Part shown: positions 49,422-60,885 of the stretch, in pieces | Numbering within the stretch: the first letter of the stretch is position 1 | How the letters are laid out: every line of letters begins with the position of its first letter | Assembly: GCA_047967505.1 (NCBI GenBank) | Contig: CM106538.1 | DNA: 64,000 nucleotides | Strand: one strand, 5' to 3' | Source of the DNA: Dipteris shenzhenensis | Taxonomy: Eukaryota | The notes under the pieces: generated by a model | Database searches by the model: none | The model's input: the letters and a program-made list of their open reading frames with translations, nothing else | Told to the model about the DNA's origin: nothing | Made by a program: the position numbers and the translations under genes

Positions 49422-52400
49422 TCAGACATCAGCGTCCTCGATGATAAAGTCTGGGAACACTCTCCGCAACTGGTATACGGATTCCCAGGTAGCTTCGGAT
49501 AGAGGCTGACCATGCCATGCAATCAACACCGTGGGTATCTTCCGATTTCGTATTTGCATTGTTCCTCGGTCTAGGATTCTTGTTGGTTTGCGCCTCGCAT
49601 TATCCTCTATCTCCTGAAACAAAACCACACCTTCGATTAGTGAGTCACCTGTATGTAAAAATTTCTTTAAGCGCGAAACATGAAAAACCGGGTGCACCTT
49701 ACACCCCTGTGGCAATTCTAATTTATAGGCTACCTTGCCTATTCTCTTTAGAATTAACCATGGCCCACAGTATCGAGGTGATAACTTAGCACACTCTCCT
49801 GAAGTCAACGACTTCGAGTGCGAAGGAACTGTGAGAAAAACTTTTTCTCCTTCCTTAAATACTCTTATAGACCGGTTTTCATCCGCATACACCTTGGCTC
49901 TCCATAGCCTGGCGGATATTAGCTCTCGCAAGTGCTAGCATCTTCCGCATTTGAACTACAAAGTTCGCGGCACTAGGCACTCTCTGAGGTACTCCAACTA
50001 TAGTTGGATTTGCTGGTCTATAACCATAGCTCAGCTCAAACGGACTGAACCCTGTAGAGGAATGTTTTCTATCATTGTAGGCAAACTCTAACAATGCAAC
50101 CACTTGTCCCATATATGTTGCCTTAATGACACATGCCCTCAGCATATCCTCTAAAGTCTGGTTGACTCTCTCCGTCCGACCATCCGTCTCAGGATGATCC
50201 CCACTACTCATTCCCAACTCAGTCCTCAGTGTCTCAAATACCGCTGTCTAAAAATGACCGGTAAATCTGACATCTCTGTCTGACACTATGGATCTAGGCA
50301 ATCCATGTAGACGAAATATAGGTCTAATAAACAAATCCGCTACTTGCGGGGCACTAACAGACTCTCTAGTCGGAATGAAGTGAGCCATTTTGGTTAGACG
50401 ATCAACCACCACAAGGATAGAATCATACCCTCCTTGTGTTGTAGGCAGCCCTACAATAAAGTCCATGGAAATGCTCTCCCACTTACTTAGTGGTATTTCC
50501 AAGGGCTGTAAAAGTCCGAGTGGCTTCACTCGTTCGGCCTTGCTTACTTGACACGAAAAACACCGTGTCACATATTCATGAATATGCTTTTTCTTCTTTG
50601 GCCAAAAGAAATCTCGCTTCACGAGATCATATGTCTTCTCGACTCCTGGATGTCCCGCACATGGGCTATCATGGCACTGTCGAATGACTCTCTGCCTGAG
50701 ATCATCCTGACTAGGTACTACTACCTTGCCATTTCTTTTCAGCATACCATCCCTTATGGTATATCTTGCATATGTTTGGCCTTTTCTGGATGCCAGGTCA
50801 TCCTTTTCTTTTTCCCCGGGTTTTAACATATGAGCCTTAGGCCATAGACTCTAGACAAACTCGTCCACCTTTTGAGTTTCTCTAATCTCGGTCATTAGAG
50901 CACTCTCCAATATTGTAAAACTCATATTGTGCATAATGCGAGACAACGCATCAGCAACCTTATTATCCTTCTCTCTTCGGTACCGAATCGTCAAATTAAA
51001 CTCCTGCATGAGCTCTGCCCACCTAGCTTGGCGGCCCCTCAAGTCAGGCTGTTTACAAAAATGTTTCAGAGTATCATGATTTACATCCACATAAAACTTT
51101 GAACCATACAAATAATGCCTCCATGTTTTCAAAGCATGGATAACAACATACAACTCCAATTCATGAGTTGGCCAATTCCTCTGAGAGGGAGAAAGCTTCT
51201 TGCTTTCAAAGGCTACTGGCCTTCCCTCTTGAAGGAGAACTGCTCCTACCGCAATGCCACTTGCATCGGTTTCCAGGAACAACGGTTTCTGGGGATCAAC
51301 TATTTTTAACACCGGTCCCGTGACCACAGCTTGTTTTATGGTGTTAAAACTTTCTTGTTGATTCTGTCCCCATATAAAAGGTACTTTATCTGAGGTCAGA
51401 TCAGTCAATGGCGATACTATTTCGGAATATCCTTTGATATGCCTTCTATAAAACTGTACAAATCCCAAGAATGATCGCAACGCGGTCAGACTCTGAGGGA
51501 TTGGCCAAGTCAGTACCGCAGCCACTTTCTTCGGATCCATTTCTACCCCCTCAGGAGTAATTATGAATCCTAAATATTCAAGCCTAACCATACACAATAT
51601 AGTTTTCTTTTTATTTACATAAAGACTGGCTTTCCCTAAAGTACTGAACACTATTCTTAAGTGTTCACGATGCTCAGTAATACTTTTACTGAATAGTAAA
51701 ATATCGTTAATAAAATGTACTACAAACTTTTCGATATACGGACGTAGTAAATCTTTCATAAGCATGACAAATGTAGCAGGAGCATTGGTAAGTCCGAAGG
51801 GCATTACCAAAAACTCCTAATGACTAAACCTGCTTCTGAAAGCGGTTTTATGCACATCCTCGCCTCTAATCCGGATTTGATGGTAGCCACACTTAAGATC
51901 TATCTTACTGAAAATCACGGCTCCATGTAATGCATCTAGCAAATCATCAATCCGAGCCATCGGATACCTGTGCTTAACAGTGATATTATTCAATGCTCTG
52001 TAATCTATACAGAGGCGAAACGTATCATCCTTTTTCTTCTTTAATATCACTGGCGAAGCAAAAGGTGAGAAACTTGGTTGAATCTGCCCCAACTTGAGGT
52101 ATTGTTCTAGTTGTCTACGCACCTCCGCCTCTTCGGTAAAACTCATTCTATAGGGAGGTCTATTTACAGGTTCTGCCCCCGGGATCAGCTCAATCTTATG
52201 CTTAACATTCTGCTCTGGAGGTAACCCATAAGGTAGTTCATCCCTAAAACATTCAGAGAACTCCTCTGTTATAAGATTAGCCAGCTTGGCCATCTCACCA
52301 CTTTACGTAACATCAGTGCTAGCCGAAGAATCATCAACCGGCTCTACCGATGCTGTGCAAAGGAATAAAAACTCTACTTGAGCTTTTCGGATTTCCATCA

Positions 52401-54032
52401 CGGAAACCAACGGTCCCTGAGGTATATCTTTCTCACCTCGCAAGACATAAAGCACATCATTCATCTTGAATTGATATACGTGCTTTTTCCAATCAATGGC
52501 TGGATTCTTCCTAGAATGCCATGCCATACCCAGGGCTATATCTGCATGAGCAAGCTTAGTTATTTCAAAATCAAGCTTCTCAGCATAGTCATGAATACGA
52601 AGCTCCAACTGGGTAACCCTTTGGTCCCATACTTCAGTTGAACTTCCATCTGCCATCCTGACTGTATACGCATAGTCAGATGGGCTAGTCTTTAATTTCA
52701 GCCTCTTCACGAGCTTGGAGTTAATCACATTGTGAGTTGATGCCGAGTCAAACAACACAATGACATCATGATTGGCCACTTGCCCTTTCATCTTAATTAA
52801 CTCAGTATCATTAAAGGCTGTATGCCCCATTGCTGCGGGCTTAGATAGGATGTTATCAGGTGCACTCGTTACTAGCTTAGCAACAGACGCACATAACAAA
52901 CAAGGTACTGACCTCTGAGAAGATCCCGCTAGCTGAATCTGCATCTCTTCCGCTCTGGAACTTCCCTCCATTTCCACGTCGCATTCTGAGACTACCATCT
53001 TAGCCATCCGACGATCCTTAGTACGTGGACAATCCTTCCACTGATGAGGCTGAAGGCAACCAAAACATAAGCCTTCTCTCCTCGCTTTTTCTCTTTGTTT
53101 TGGGTTTAAGGGAGACTTTGACCAAGCCCGGGCTGCCATTGGTGTTACTTTCCTCTTCACCCCAATGGTGGTACTTGATTTAGGAGTTTCAGCTGGTTTC
53201 GCCTGCTTGGCTTGACCACTCGGCTGAGAACTACTCCCTTTACTAATCCATTTCTTCTTAAACCCAGATTTCTTTTGGTACCCATACTGGGTTCCAACCT
53301 GTGCAAATTCACTTGGTCTGCTGCCCTTGGCATCTTCATAGTTCGGGGCTATGGCTATTGCATCATCCAACGTGTTCGCTTACTTAGCCCGAACTTCCAT
53401 TTTAATCCTATCATTCAATCCAAATATGAAATCTTATACTTGGATTGATTGAGGCAGGGGTTCATCAACCTTCATTACGCTCTCTCGAAACTTATCAGTG
53501 TATTCTGCCACTGACAAATTTCTCTGACGAAGGTTTCTATACTGATCCCAAGCTCGGGATGCTTCATCAGGAGGTAAGAAGTGTTTCGTGAATTCTCTTT
53601 TAAACCCCTCCCAGGTAGTGGATGCTATACCATCTTTTTGTTGTTTAATCCACCACCGATCCGCTGGCTCACTAAACATGTGGGTGGCCTCGCGGATTTT
53701 CTTGATATCATTCCTGATTTCACAAATGGCGAACGCCTCGTCCCATTTGTGTAACCAGGTCTCAATGACATCAGAACTACGGTCCTTCATCCGACCATAA
53801 TACTTTTCCGGCCTGTAATTGGCAATATTTGGTACTTTAGCCTTCCTAGGCTCAACTGTATGGACACTAGACTCTGGTTCCATTACTCTGGTTCCATTGG
53901 AGCCTTTCCCTTCTCATCTCGAGAAGGTCTGGTAGACATACTGTGTATCACTCTTCTAAGTTCAGACTGCTTTGCATTGGCCTGTTACTGTTGCGCTAAT
54001 AACTGCTGCAAGGCATCCTCAAGCAATGCAAT
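49422..54032 (-). pseudogene. Gypsy-C polyprotein remnant
   Basis: Same domains as Gypsy-A and B, with stops and frameshifts. RT motif mutated to FIND. 14-bp duplication near 53870-53897. Confidence 0.93.
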
Positions 54033-54557
54033 ACACGTATAGGGAAGAGTATGGAGATGCCTGGAGTTGCTAGAACACACCGGGAGAGGTTGGAGCTGAA
54101 AAGAGTTCAGATCTGAGTAAAAATGCTGAAAAATAGCCAAAAACTACTCAAAATCACCTTTCGACAAGTTGTACAAACTCCTAGAACTGTTACGCAATTA
54201 TATGAACGGATTCGTACGGATGTACGGATGCCTATACAACTATACGGACAAAAAGTCAAAATATTTTTTTTCACCTGAAATGGTGCGAGATAGGTTTGTT
54301 TGTATGCAGGCAGCTCAGAAATTTTGGAAACGTCGAAATCAGACCTCAAATGGTCAAGAAACAGCTGCTGGATTGTTTTTTTTTTGGGCTCTAAAACAAT
54401 GATGAAACGAGGCACCGGATTGAACTAGAGAAGGAGATGAATGCTGGAGCTACCTCAAATGAAAGCTGGAGAGCTGAATGTGAGAACTAGGAACACACAC
54501 TAGAGCACCAAGCTTGTGGGTGTCTAGAAGCAAGTGTGAGAATGGGCTCTAGAGACT

Positions 54558-55170
54558 CTAAGGCTCATTTTCAGCTTCCATCACCGAGGTCATCAAAGCA
54601 AAATTGAACTTTTTCTGATTTTTCTGAGTGCTGGCCTTGGTTTTTCCCAAAGTAGGCTGATCCTTAGCATCTTCAATGGTCAACCTTGCCCAACGTGGAA
54701 TAGATTTCTCTGTTGTACCACTCGGGGTTGCATCAACATCTTTAGTGGCCTCACGACGTTGATAATGTTTCCAAATATGAGGCTGTCTATTCTCAATAAT
54801 TGGCTGCAAATCTGAAACATTTGAGGAGAGCCATTTTCAACATGTGGCAAGCCTCTGAACTTATGAGAATTAGAAGGGGAAGCATCAAGAGACTTCATCT
54901 CATCATCCTCAAATTGGATGATGTCCAAAGGTATGGTGGCAAGTCTGCACTAGCGGGCTGCATGCACTCATTCTCAGAAACAAAGAGAACATCCTTGTTG
55001 ATTCTTACCTTCCTGGTAGCAGGATTATAAAGCCTAAATCCCCTGCTTTTAGTGCTATACCCCACGAAAATGCATTTGACATGCTTGTCATCAAGCTTTG
55101 TCCACTGGAACTAAAGCATATGCCACTAAGCCAAAAACTCTAAAATGACTAACCTTTGGCTTAAAGCCAT
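54558..55170 (-). pseudogene. Copia integrase C-terminal (SH3-like) to pre-RT linker fragment inside Gypsy-C
   Basis: KLDDKHVKCIFVGYSTKSRGFRLYNPATRKVRINKDVLF at about 54980-55100, and PRWARLTIEDA...FNFALMTSVMEAENEP, paralleling Copia-1 PKWYLRTLEDS...NLALVAQLEEP. Confidence 0.8.
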
Positions 55171-57549
55171 ACAAAGTGCAATCCCAAACTGAAAATGCAC
55201 AACCCAAATCTGAAATAGCACACCCATGAGCTCAAATGCATCCAATGGAGCTCAAAGGCATCCACAACTATAAAGTAACTGCAAATGCATCCAACAATGC
55301 AGGGTATTTGCAAATGCACTTGAGAGTGCAAGAGTATGGGCTACAAAAATAGTCCCGAAGCGAAATACACAACTCAAAACACTTACTAAAAGTGCACCTT
55401 GGCGAAAACCACCTACAAAATAGTCCGCTGGCTATGTGGGCAAGCTGGAGATGACAAAGGAGCTAAAGTGAGCTGCTTGGAGCTGAATGAAGCTGTCACC
55501 GTTAGAACACTGTATTTACAAATTGACACAATTCAGTGTACTGACACTCTGACACAATTTTCTATACTAGGGAATACCTGCAATCCCACATGCACACTGA
55601 CTAGGCATTTGACACATGCATAACCCAAATAGCGCTTTTCCCCTATACTAGGGAAGCTCCCGCAAAACTCTGATTGAAACACACAGGCATAGCCTCAAGC
55701 ATAATCTGTCCCTGCTATAGCATCGTAAACTGCAAACAGTGCTACAACCACAAAAGCCTAATTTGTTTATGACAAAACAGGAATGACAGAACAAAAGGGA
55801 AAATGAGTAAAGTACTCCCTGGTCTTGTTCGCTCCTCTTTTTTCTCTGTCAAGGCGTAACTCTATGTTCGAAATCTGTCTGAGCCTACAAGCTGTCTGCG
55901 TGGCCTTGGAGGGCTCTGACTGTAAGTCCGCCAGGGAAGCAGGTCGACATCTATTTCAGACTAGTTAGCCACGTAACACCTCGAAGGTCTTCATTCCGTC
56001 GTAAACCACGGGCAGCGCCAACACCTTGCTCACGGGCTATTCCATGACCACGTCCAAACCCACGAATTGCTTCGAAGGTCTCCCGTAATACGAGCTCACC
56101 CACCACGCTATCCCTAGGCCTTGCTGTTCGTCATTAGATCATTCGTAATTCATGAACCATCCTTGCGGGACCCGTTCAATCCACGCATCGCTTAATTACC
56201 AAAGATTTCACCTAATACACTGCAAGCTCTTGCTAGCCAACACGGGAATACCACCAAACAGATACGTCGTTCCTCGTCAGGCCTGCGCTCCAATCTGCTG
56301 TCCGCTCCAAGATCAAAGACACGTTCGTCATTGCACGACAGCTACCCGCTCACGATGCCTTTCACGTCCCATCCAATCACTGCCTGTCTCGCAAGTCTTT
56401 CACCCAACCTCTCGTTCAACCTGAGGGCTCTGATACCAATTGTTAACTACCTTCTCTGTTTCCTACTGCAGATCACGGGAGTAGCACCGATATTATTCCA
56501 CCCAGCCTTTCTTGCTGAAACGTGAGAGCTAGCTGAGAATCAGAAATTCCAAAAATCACGTAAAAAGCACCATCTCCTTCTCTCACTAGCTCCAGCATGC
56601 CCCAATCTCCCTAGATGGATCTAGATGCCACATGTTATCATTATAGGGCCTTACTAATGCAACATTTCACCCCTCTCTTGGGATGCTTTAATTTTCTTTG
56701 CCCCTAGGCACATTTCATGCATTAGGCCCTTAGCCTTAGATCCACCTAGTCTGGTGCTATCAACCCTCACCTAGGACCTTGACATTAATTCCCTCCCGAT
56801 CATTTACATAAAGCACAAACAAATATATTACAACCATAGATCCTTTAAGGGAAATGTCGACTGATTCTTCCGAGGTCATGCTACCTCGGCTAGAGCGTAA
56901 CAGGCCCAGAGGTTCAGTTCTTAGAGAGCCGATGGGAGCAAGTCTCGTTCCTAGGTGCTAGGTCTGATCCTGGATTGAGTCGCGGACGTGCGCCTGCATC
57001 ATAGCGTAGCCCAAGGCTTAGCAGTAGATCCCAGGCTTTGTAGCGCCACCTGGTGGTATGGGATACTAGGCTGGTTAGGATCTGGTTGGGAGTTCATGCC
57101 AGTAGCTCAGCTCGTGGCTCGGAGGGGACACCTCTTGATTCGGGATCGCATCCCGTAGATGTCATGGTTGGGTGGTGAGCAGCCTACTCAGTTTCTTCAC
57201 GTTTGGTGTGTTCTTGTGTTTGCTTGCAGGTCAGAGGTTTCAGGAGTGCTGGGGTCGTGTCAGTTGGTATCAGAGCCAACTCCTGAGGTAGGAACTTCTG
57301 TTGCGAGAATTTTGGACGATTTTTTTCCTCCAGGTATGCCCTAATTTCGAAATTCATGTTTATTACCCTGCAAGTGCCTTATGGTTCATCGTTAAGGGTG
57401 GTGGTTAGATGGAGAGAAGAAGAAGAAGAAGAAGAATATATTATCGTCCTCTGAAGACCAAAACCGGCCTATGGGACCTGGGCAATACAATATCACAAGT
57501 ACATGAAAGCTCCTCCCGAAGATGGGAGGGTGGAAAGAGAAACCACCTT

Positions 57550-60500
57550 CTAGGATTCAGGTGGATTCCTATGCTTGAAGAGCTTATACACAAATGTTCC
57601 TAAAGCTGAAGGTGACCCTTTATGCAGCAAATCAGCCAGTTTGTTATGTCCCTCAAGGAGGTGATTGAACTCTTCCCTAATGTGTGCATAGTGAGGGCAT
57701 ATCATTACCATGTGTTCTTCTGTTTCAACCATACCTTGATCACATAGTTGGCATATTCTACTCTCCCTTGGCATCTTTTTCCATCCCCCTGTTTCTATTT
57801 GCAGCTGGTGTGATCGGGTGCGAAGTGAGGCTAAAGCCCTCCGTTTATGCACTGCTATAGGTGTACATATGTACTTCTGCGTTGTTGTCTCCCTTCCTGT
57901 ATAAATTGACCAATATTCGGGGTTGATATATGTGCGATAGTACTCAAATTTATCTTTGTTTTCTGCTGTTTGCCATTTCCTGTGTAGTGCATTCAGCAGG
58001 TCATAATGAAAAGCCTCTTCATCAATCTCCTCTGAAGAGTAGTTTAAATACTCTTCTACTTCCCACTTCTTGAACCATTTTTTTAGGTCCTGTGCCCATC
58101 CGGATGTCAAAATCTTGCCCTTGTTTGTCTTTTGAAGCTTCTGACTTTCATTCCATGCTCTCTTTGGTAGCATTTCATTATCCATGCACTTGACCTTTGT
58201 GATGTATCTGAGTACTCTCTTCAGAGCATGTAGCTCTATGGGTATACATCCTGTCTCTAGGAGTAACAAAGAGTATGGTGTAGTAGCCTTGATGCCCAGG
58301 TGCCTCCTAATGAAAGACTTTTGCATTTTCTCTATCTCATTCCACGTTGATGGAGATATACTCCCACCCCATACCTCTACTCCGTAGAGTACTGTCTGTA
58401 TCACATATGCCCCAAAGATCATATTTCGTACTTGCCACCTTCTCGTATTGCTATTGTTGCACTTATTTTCAAATTGGAAGTATTTTTCCCATCCTGCATC
58501 AAGTCTCCGTTGCACACAGCTGTTCCATCTATTATTGGCGGGGATTTCAATACCCAAGTATTTGAATGAGTGCACTGTCTCAATGGGTTGTCCTTTATAT
58601 AAGATTTGGAGGGGGCTGCTTGGCTGTATAGTCTTGACTATCATGAGTTTAGTTTTGTTGACATTAATAGCCATCCCACTCTCTGCACAAAATATGCTGA
58701 AGATATCCATCATTTTTTGCATCTTACTTTCACTATCAGTGAAAACAACCACATCATCTGCGTAAAGAAGCAACCAAATCACGAGACCTGCTAGATGAGG
58801 GCTGTATAACTCATCTTTACATGCTTCTTCATTCACCAACTCCTCAAGTCTATCAATGCATAGGCCGAACAAAGTGGGTGAGAGCGGACATCCTTGTTTT
58901 ACCCCCATATTACTATAGAACTCTTGTGACATCCCATCCTTACATTTTAGTTGACATTTTACTTTCTCATAAAGTCTAAAGACAGCAAACCTTATTTCCT
59001 CGGGCACCCCTATGCATTCCATTCTCTCCCATAGCACATCCCTAGGCACTGTATCAAATGCCTTCTTAAAGTCAATGAAACAACAGAAGAGTGGCTTCCT
59101 CTTGAGGCGGCTTTCCTCCATCAAAACTCGAAGAGTGACTAGGTGATCCACTGTACAGTGTTTTGGTCTGAAACCAGCTTGTCCCATTGCTCTTTTATTT
59201 TCTTTCTCTGCCCAAGCACTCAATTTTGCCTCTACTATTGTGCTATATAGTTTGGCTAGAGTGGAACATACCATAATTGTTCTGTAATTTGTTAATTGAT
59301 TGCGGTCACCCCCTTTGTAGATTGGTTTGATCCAATTCTCTTGCCATTCTGTTGGGAAACCATGCATCAAAGCCTGATTTAGTGCCATTGCTATGTGCCT
59401 TTGCGTGTGCTCATTGGTCCACTTAATGAGTTCAGCCACTAGGTGTAGAGTGTCTGCTGCCTTTCCATTTACCATTTTCTTGAGGCCATCTTGTACATCT
59501 TTCAATGAGAAAAGACCCTGAGTATTACTGCTGAGAGGTATGCTCACCATGGGCCGAGCCTTGGGATGTGTGTAGAGCTGTTGAGCATATTCCAGCATCT
59601 GTGTTTCTGTAAAATCTCCCATAATGTCATTTGACCTTTGTTTAATCCCTTTCCATGCTCTTCTAGGATGCTTGATAAAATCAATTGCATCAGTCCATTC
59701 CTTGTTCACAATATGTGCACGTCTTTTTTTACGTGTAAGTGCATGGAGCTGTTTCTCAGCTGCTCTTTTCTCATCCCCCATTGGGATCCCCTTTAGTGCA
59801 TTCCTAGCTGCCTTGCACTCAGCATCAAACCAAACATTGTATGGTAGCCCTTTCTTGCATTCTTTATTGCTCTTTTTGTACCCCAAAACTGACTTGGCTG
59901 TAGTGAGAATAGCATTTTTCAATTCTGTCCACCCAATTTTCTGTTTTCCCAGCAGACACGTCTCTAGAGTTTCAGCGTACTCCACCTTCTTTGCCTCATT
60001 TATATGATAGTTGCCTTCAACTGTTTTGCGCTCTTCTAAAGTTGCCTTGGCAAGTAATATATTAAGCTCCACATATAGTGGTGTGTGATCTGAATCAGGG
60101 GACTTTGAGCCAAGTGAGAAATTGTGAATGAGATGGCAAGCTTCCAAACCAATCAATGCATAGTCGATCACACTAGCCCCTCCACTGGCAGGGAAACAAG
60201 TAGGGGTATTTGATTTTGGGAAAAGGGCTGTGCCATTCACCACCAACATGTGCATTCCATTCATCAATTGCTCCAATGCCCTACCATGTGCATTCACTTC
60301 CTTATCCTTCGAGCATCTACACCAAATGGGGTCAATGTCTATCTCATGTTCCTTGATGTATTCTTGCTGAGTGGGATAGTGAAACTGTAGATCTCCTATC
60401 CGTGCATTGAAATCACCAATGAGCAAAACATTTCCTTTTTTGTTGAACATAGCTATATCCAAGCACAGGTCTCCAAGTGGCTGGGTTGGGTCAACCTCAT

Positions 60501-60855
60501 GTCTTTGGTAGAAGGGAGATTCTCTATGAGGAATGTAGCACCCTGCAATGTAAAGTGGTGAGTGCATTCCTTTTACCATGATCCATATGAAGCGTTTGTG
60601 GATGTCATCTTTGGCTATGGAAATCATGTCTTGTATATGCTCCTTGTATATGCATGCTACCCCTCCTTGCCCTCGTAGGCCAACTTGCTTTTGCCAGATG
60701 GAGTGCACCACGTATCCATTAATTTTAGGAATTCTGCATATGTCCCTTTCCCAAGTCTCTGCGAGAAAAATAATGTCTGCATCATGCATAACTTCATTCA
60801 ATCCAGCCCCTTTATGCCAAGGGAAACCTCTACAATTCCAAAACATGATCTTCAA
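57550..60855 (-). CDS. LINE ORF2: APE endonuclease, reverse transcriptase, C-terminal CCHC Zn finger (1101 aa from TTG)
   Basis: WNCRG, LAETW, IGDFNA, IDY, SDH; QAGFR, FIDFKKAFD, GVKQGCPLSP, YADD, YLG; HQLQIETG..RICQLC..ETEEH..CP. Confidence 0.95.
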   Translation of the reverse strand: MKIMFWNCRGFPWHKGAGLNEVMHDADIIFLAETWERDICRIPKINGYVVHSIWQKQVGLRGQGGVACIYKEHIQDMISIAKDDIHKRFIWIMVKGMHSPLYIAGCYIPHRESPFYQRHEVDPTQPLGDLCLDIAMFNKKGNVLLIGDFNARIGDLQFHYPTQQEYIKEHEIDIDPIWCRCSKDKEVNAHGRALEQLMNGMHMLVVNGTALFPKSNTPTCFPASGGASVIDYALIGLEACHLIHNFSLGSKSPDSDHTPLYVELNILLAKATLEERKTVEGNYHINEAKKVEYAETLETCLLGKQKIGWTELKNAILTTAKSVLGYKKSNKECKKGLPYNVWFDAECKAARNALKGIPMGDEKRAAEKQLHALTRKKRRAHIVNKEWTDAIDFIKHPRRAWKGIKQRSNDIMGDFTETQMLEYAQQLYTHPKARPMVSIPLSSNTQGLFSLKDVQDGLKKMVNGKAADTLHLVAELIKWTNEHTQRHIAMALNQALMHGFPTEWQENWIKPIYKGGDRNQLTNYRTIMVCSTLAKLYSTIVEAKLSAWAEKENKRAMGQAGFRPKHCTVDHLVTLRVLMEESRLKRKPLFCCFIDFKKAFDTVPRDVLWERMECIGVPEEIRFAVFRLYEKVKCQLKCKDGMSQEFYSNMGVKQGCPLSPTLFGLCIDRLEELVNEEACKDELYSPHLAGLVIWLLLYADDVVVFTDSESKMQKMMDIFSIFCAESGMAINVNKTKLMIVKTIQPSSPLQILYKGQPIETVHSFKYLGIEIPANNRWNSCVQRRLDAGWEKYFQFENKCNNSNTRRWQVRNMIFGAYVIQTVLYGVEVWGGSISPSTWNEIEKMQKSFIRRHLGIKATTPYSLLLLETGCIPIELHALKRVLRYITKVKCMDNEMLPKRAWNESQKLQKTNKGKILTSGWAQDLKKWFKKWEVEEYLNYSSEEIDEEAFHYDLLNALHRKWQTAENKDKFEYYRTYINPEYWSIYTGRETTTQKYICTPIAVHKRRALASLRTRSHQLQIETGGWKKMPRESRICQLCDQGMVETEEHMVMICPHYAHIREEFNHLLEGHNKLADLLHKGSPSALGTFVYKLFKHRNPPES

Positions 60856-60885
60856 CTTCTTTTGGGTTCCATAGGCCGCGTGTTC

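Larger units (their letters stand above)
48948..56902 (-). mobile_element. Gypsy-C: full-length chromovirus with a 1.47-kb foreign insert at the gag start
   Basis: 462-bp LTRs 48948-49409 and 56441-56902 (about 5 differences), PBS 56427-56438, TSD GGCCC. Confidence 0.97.
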
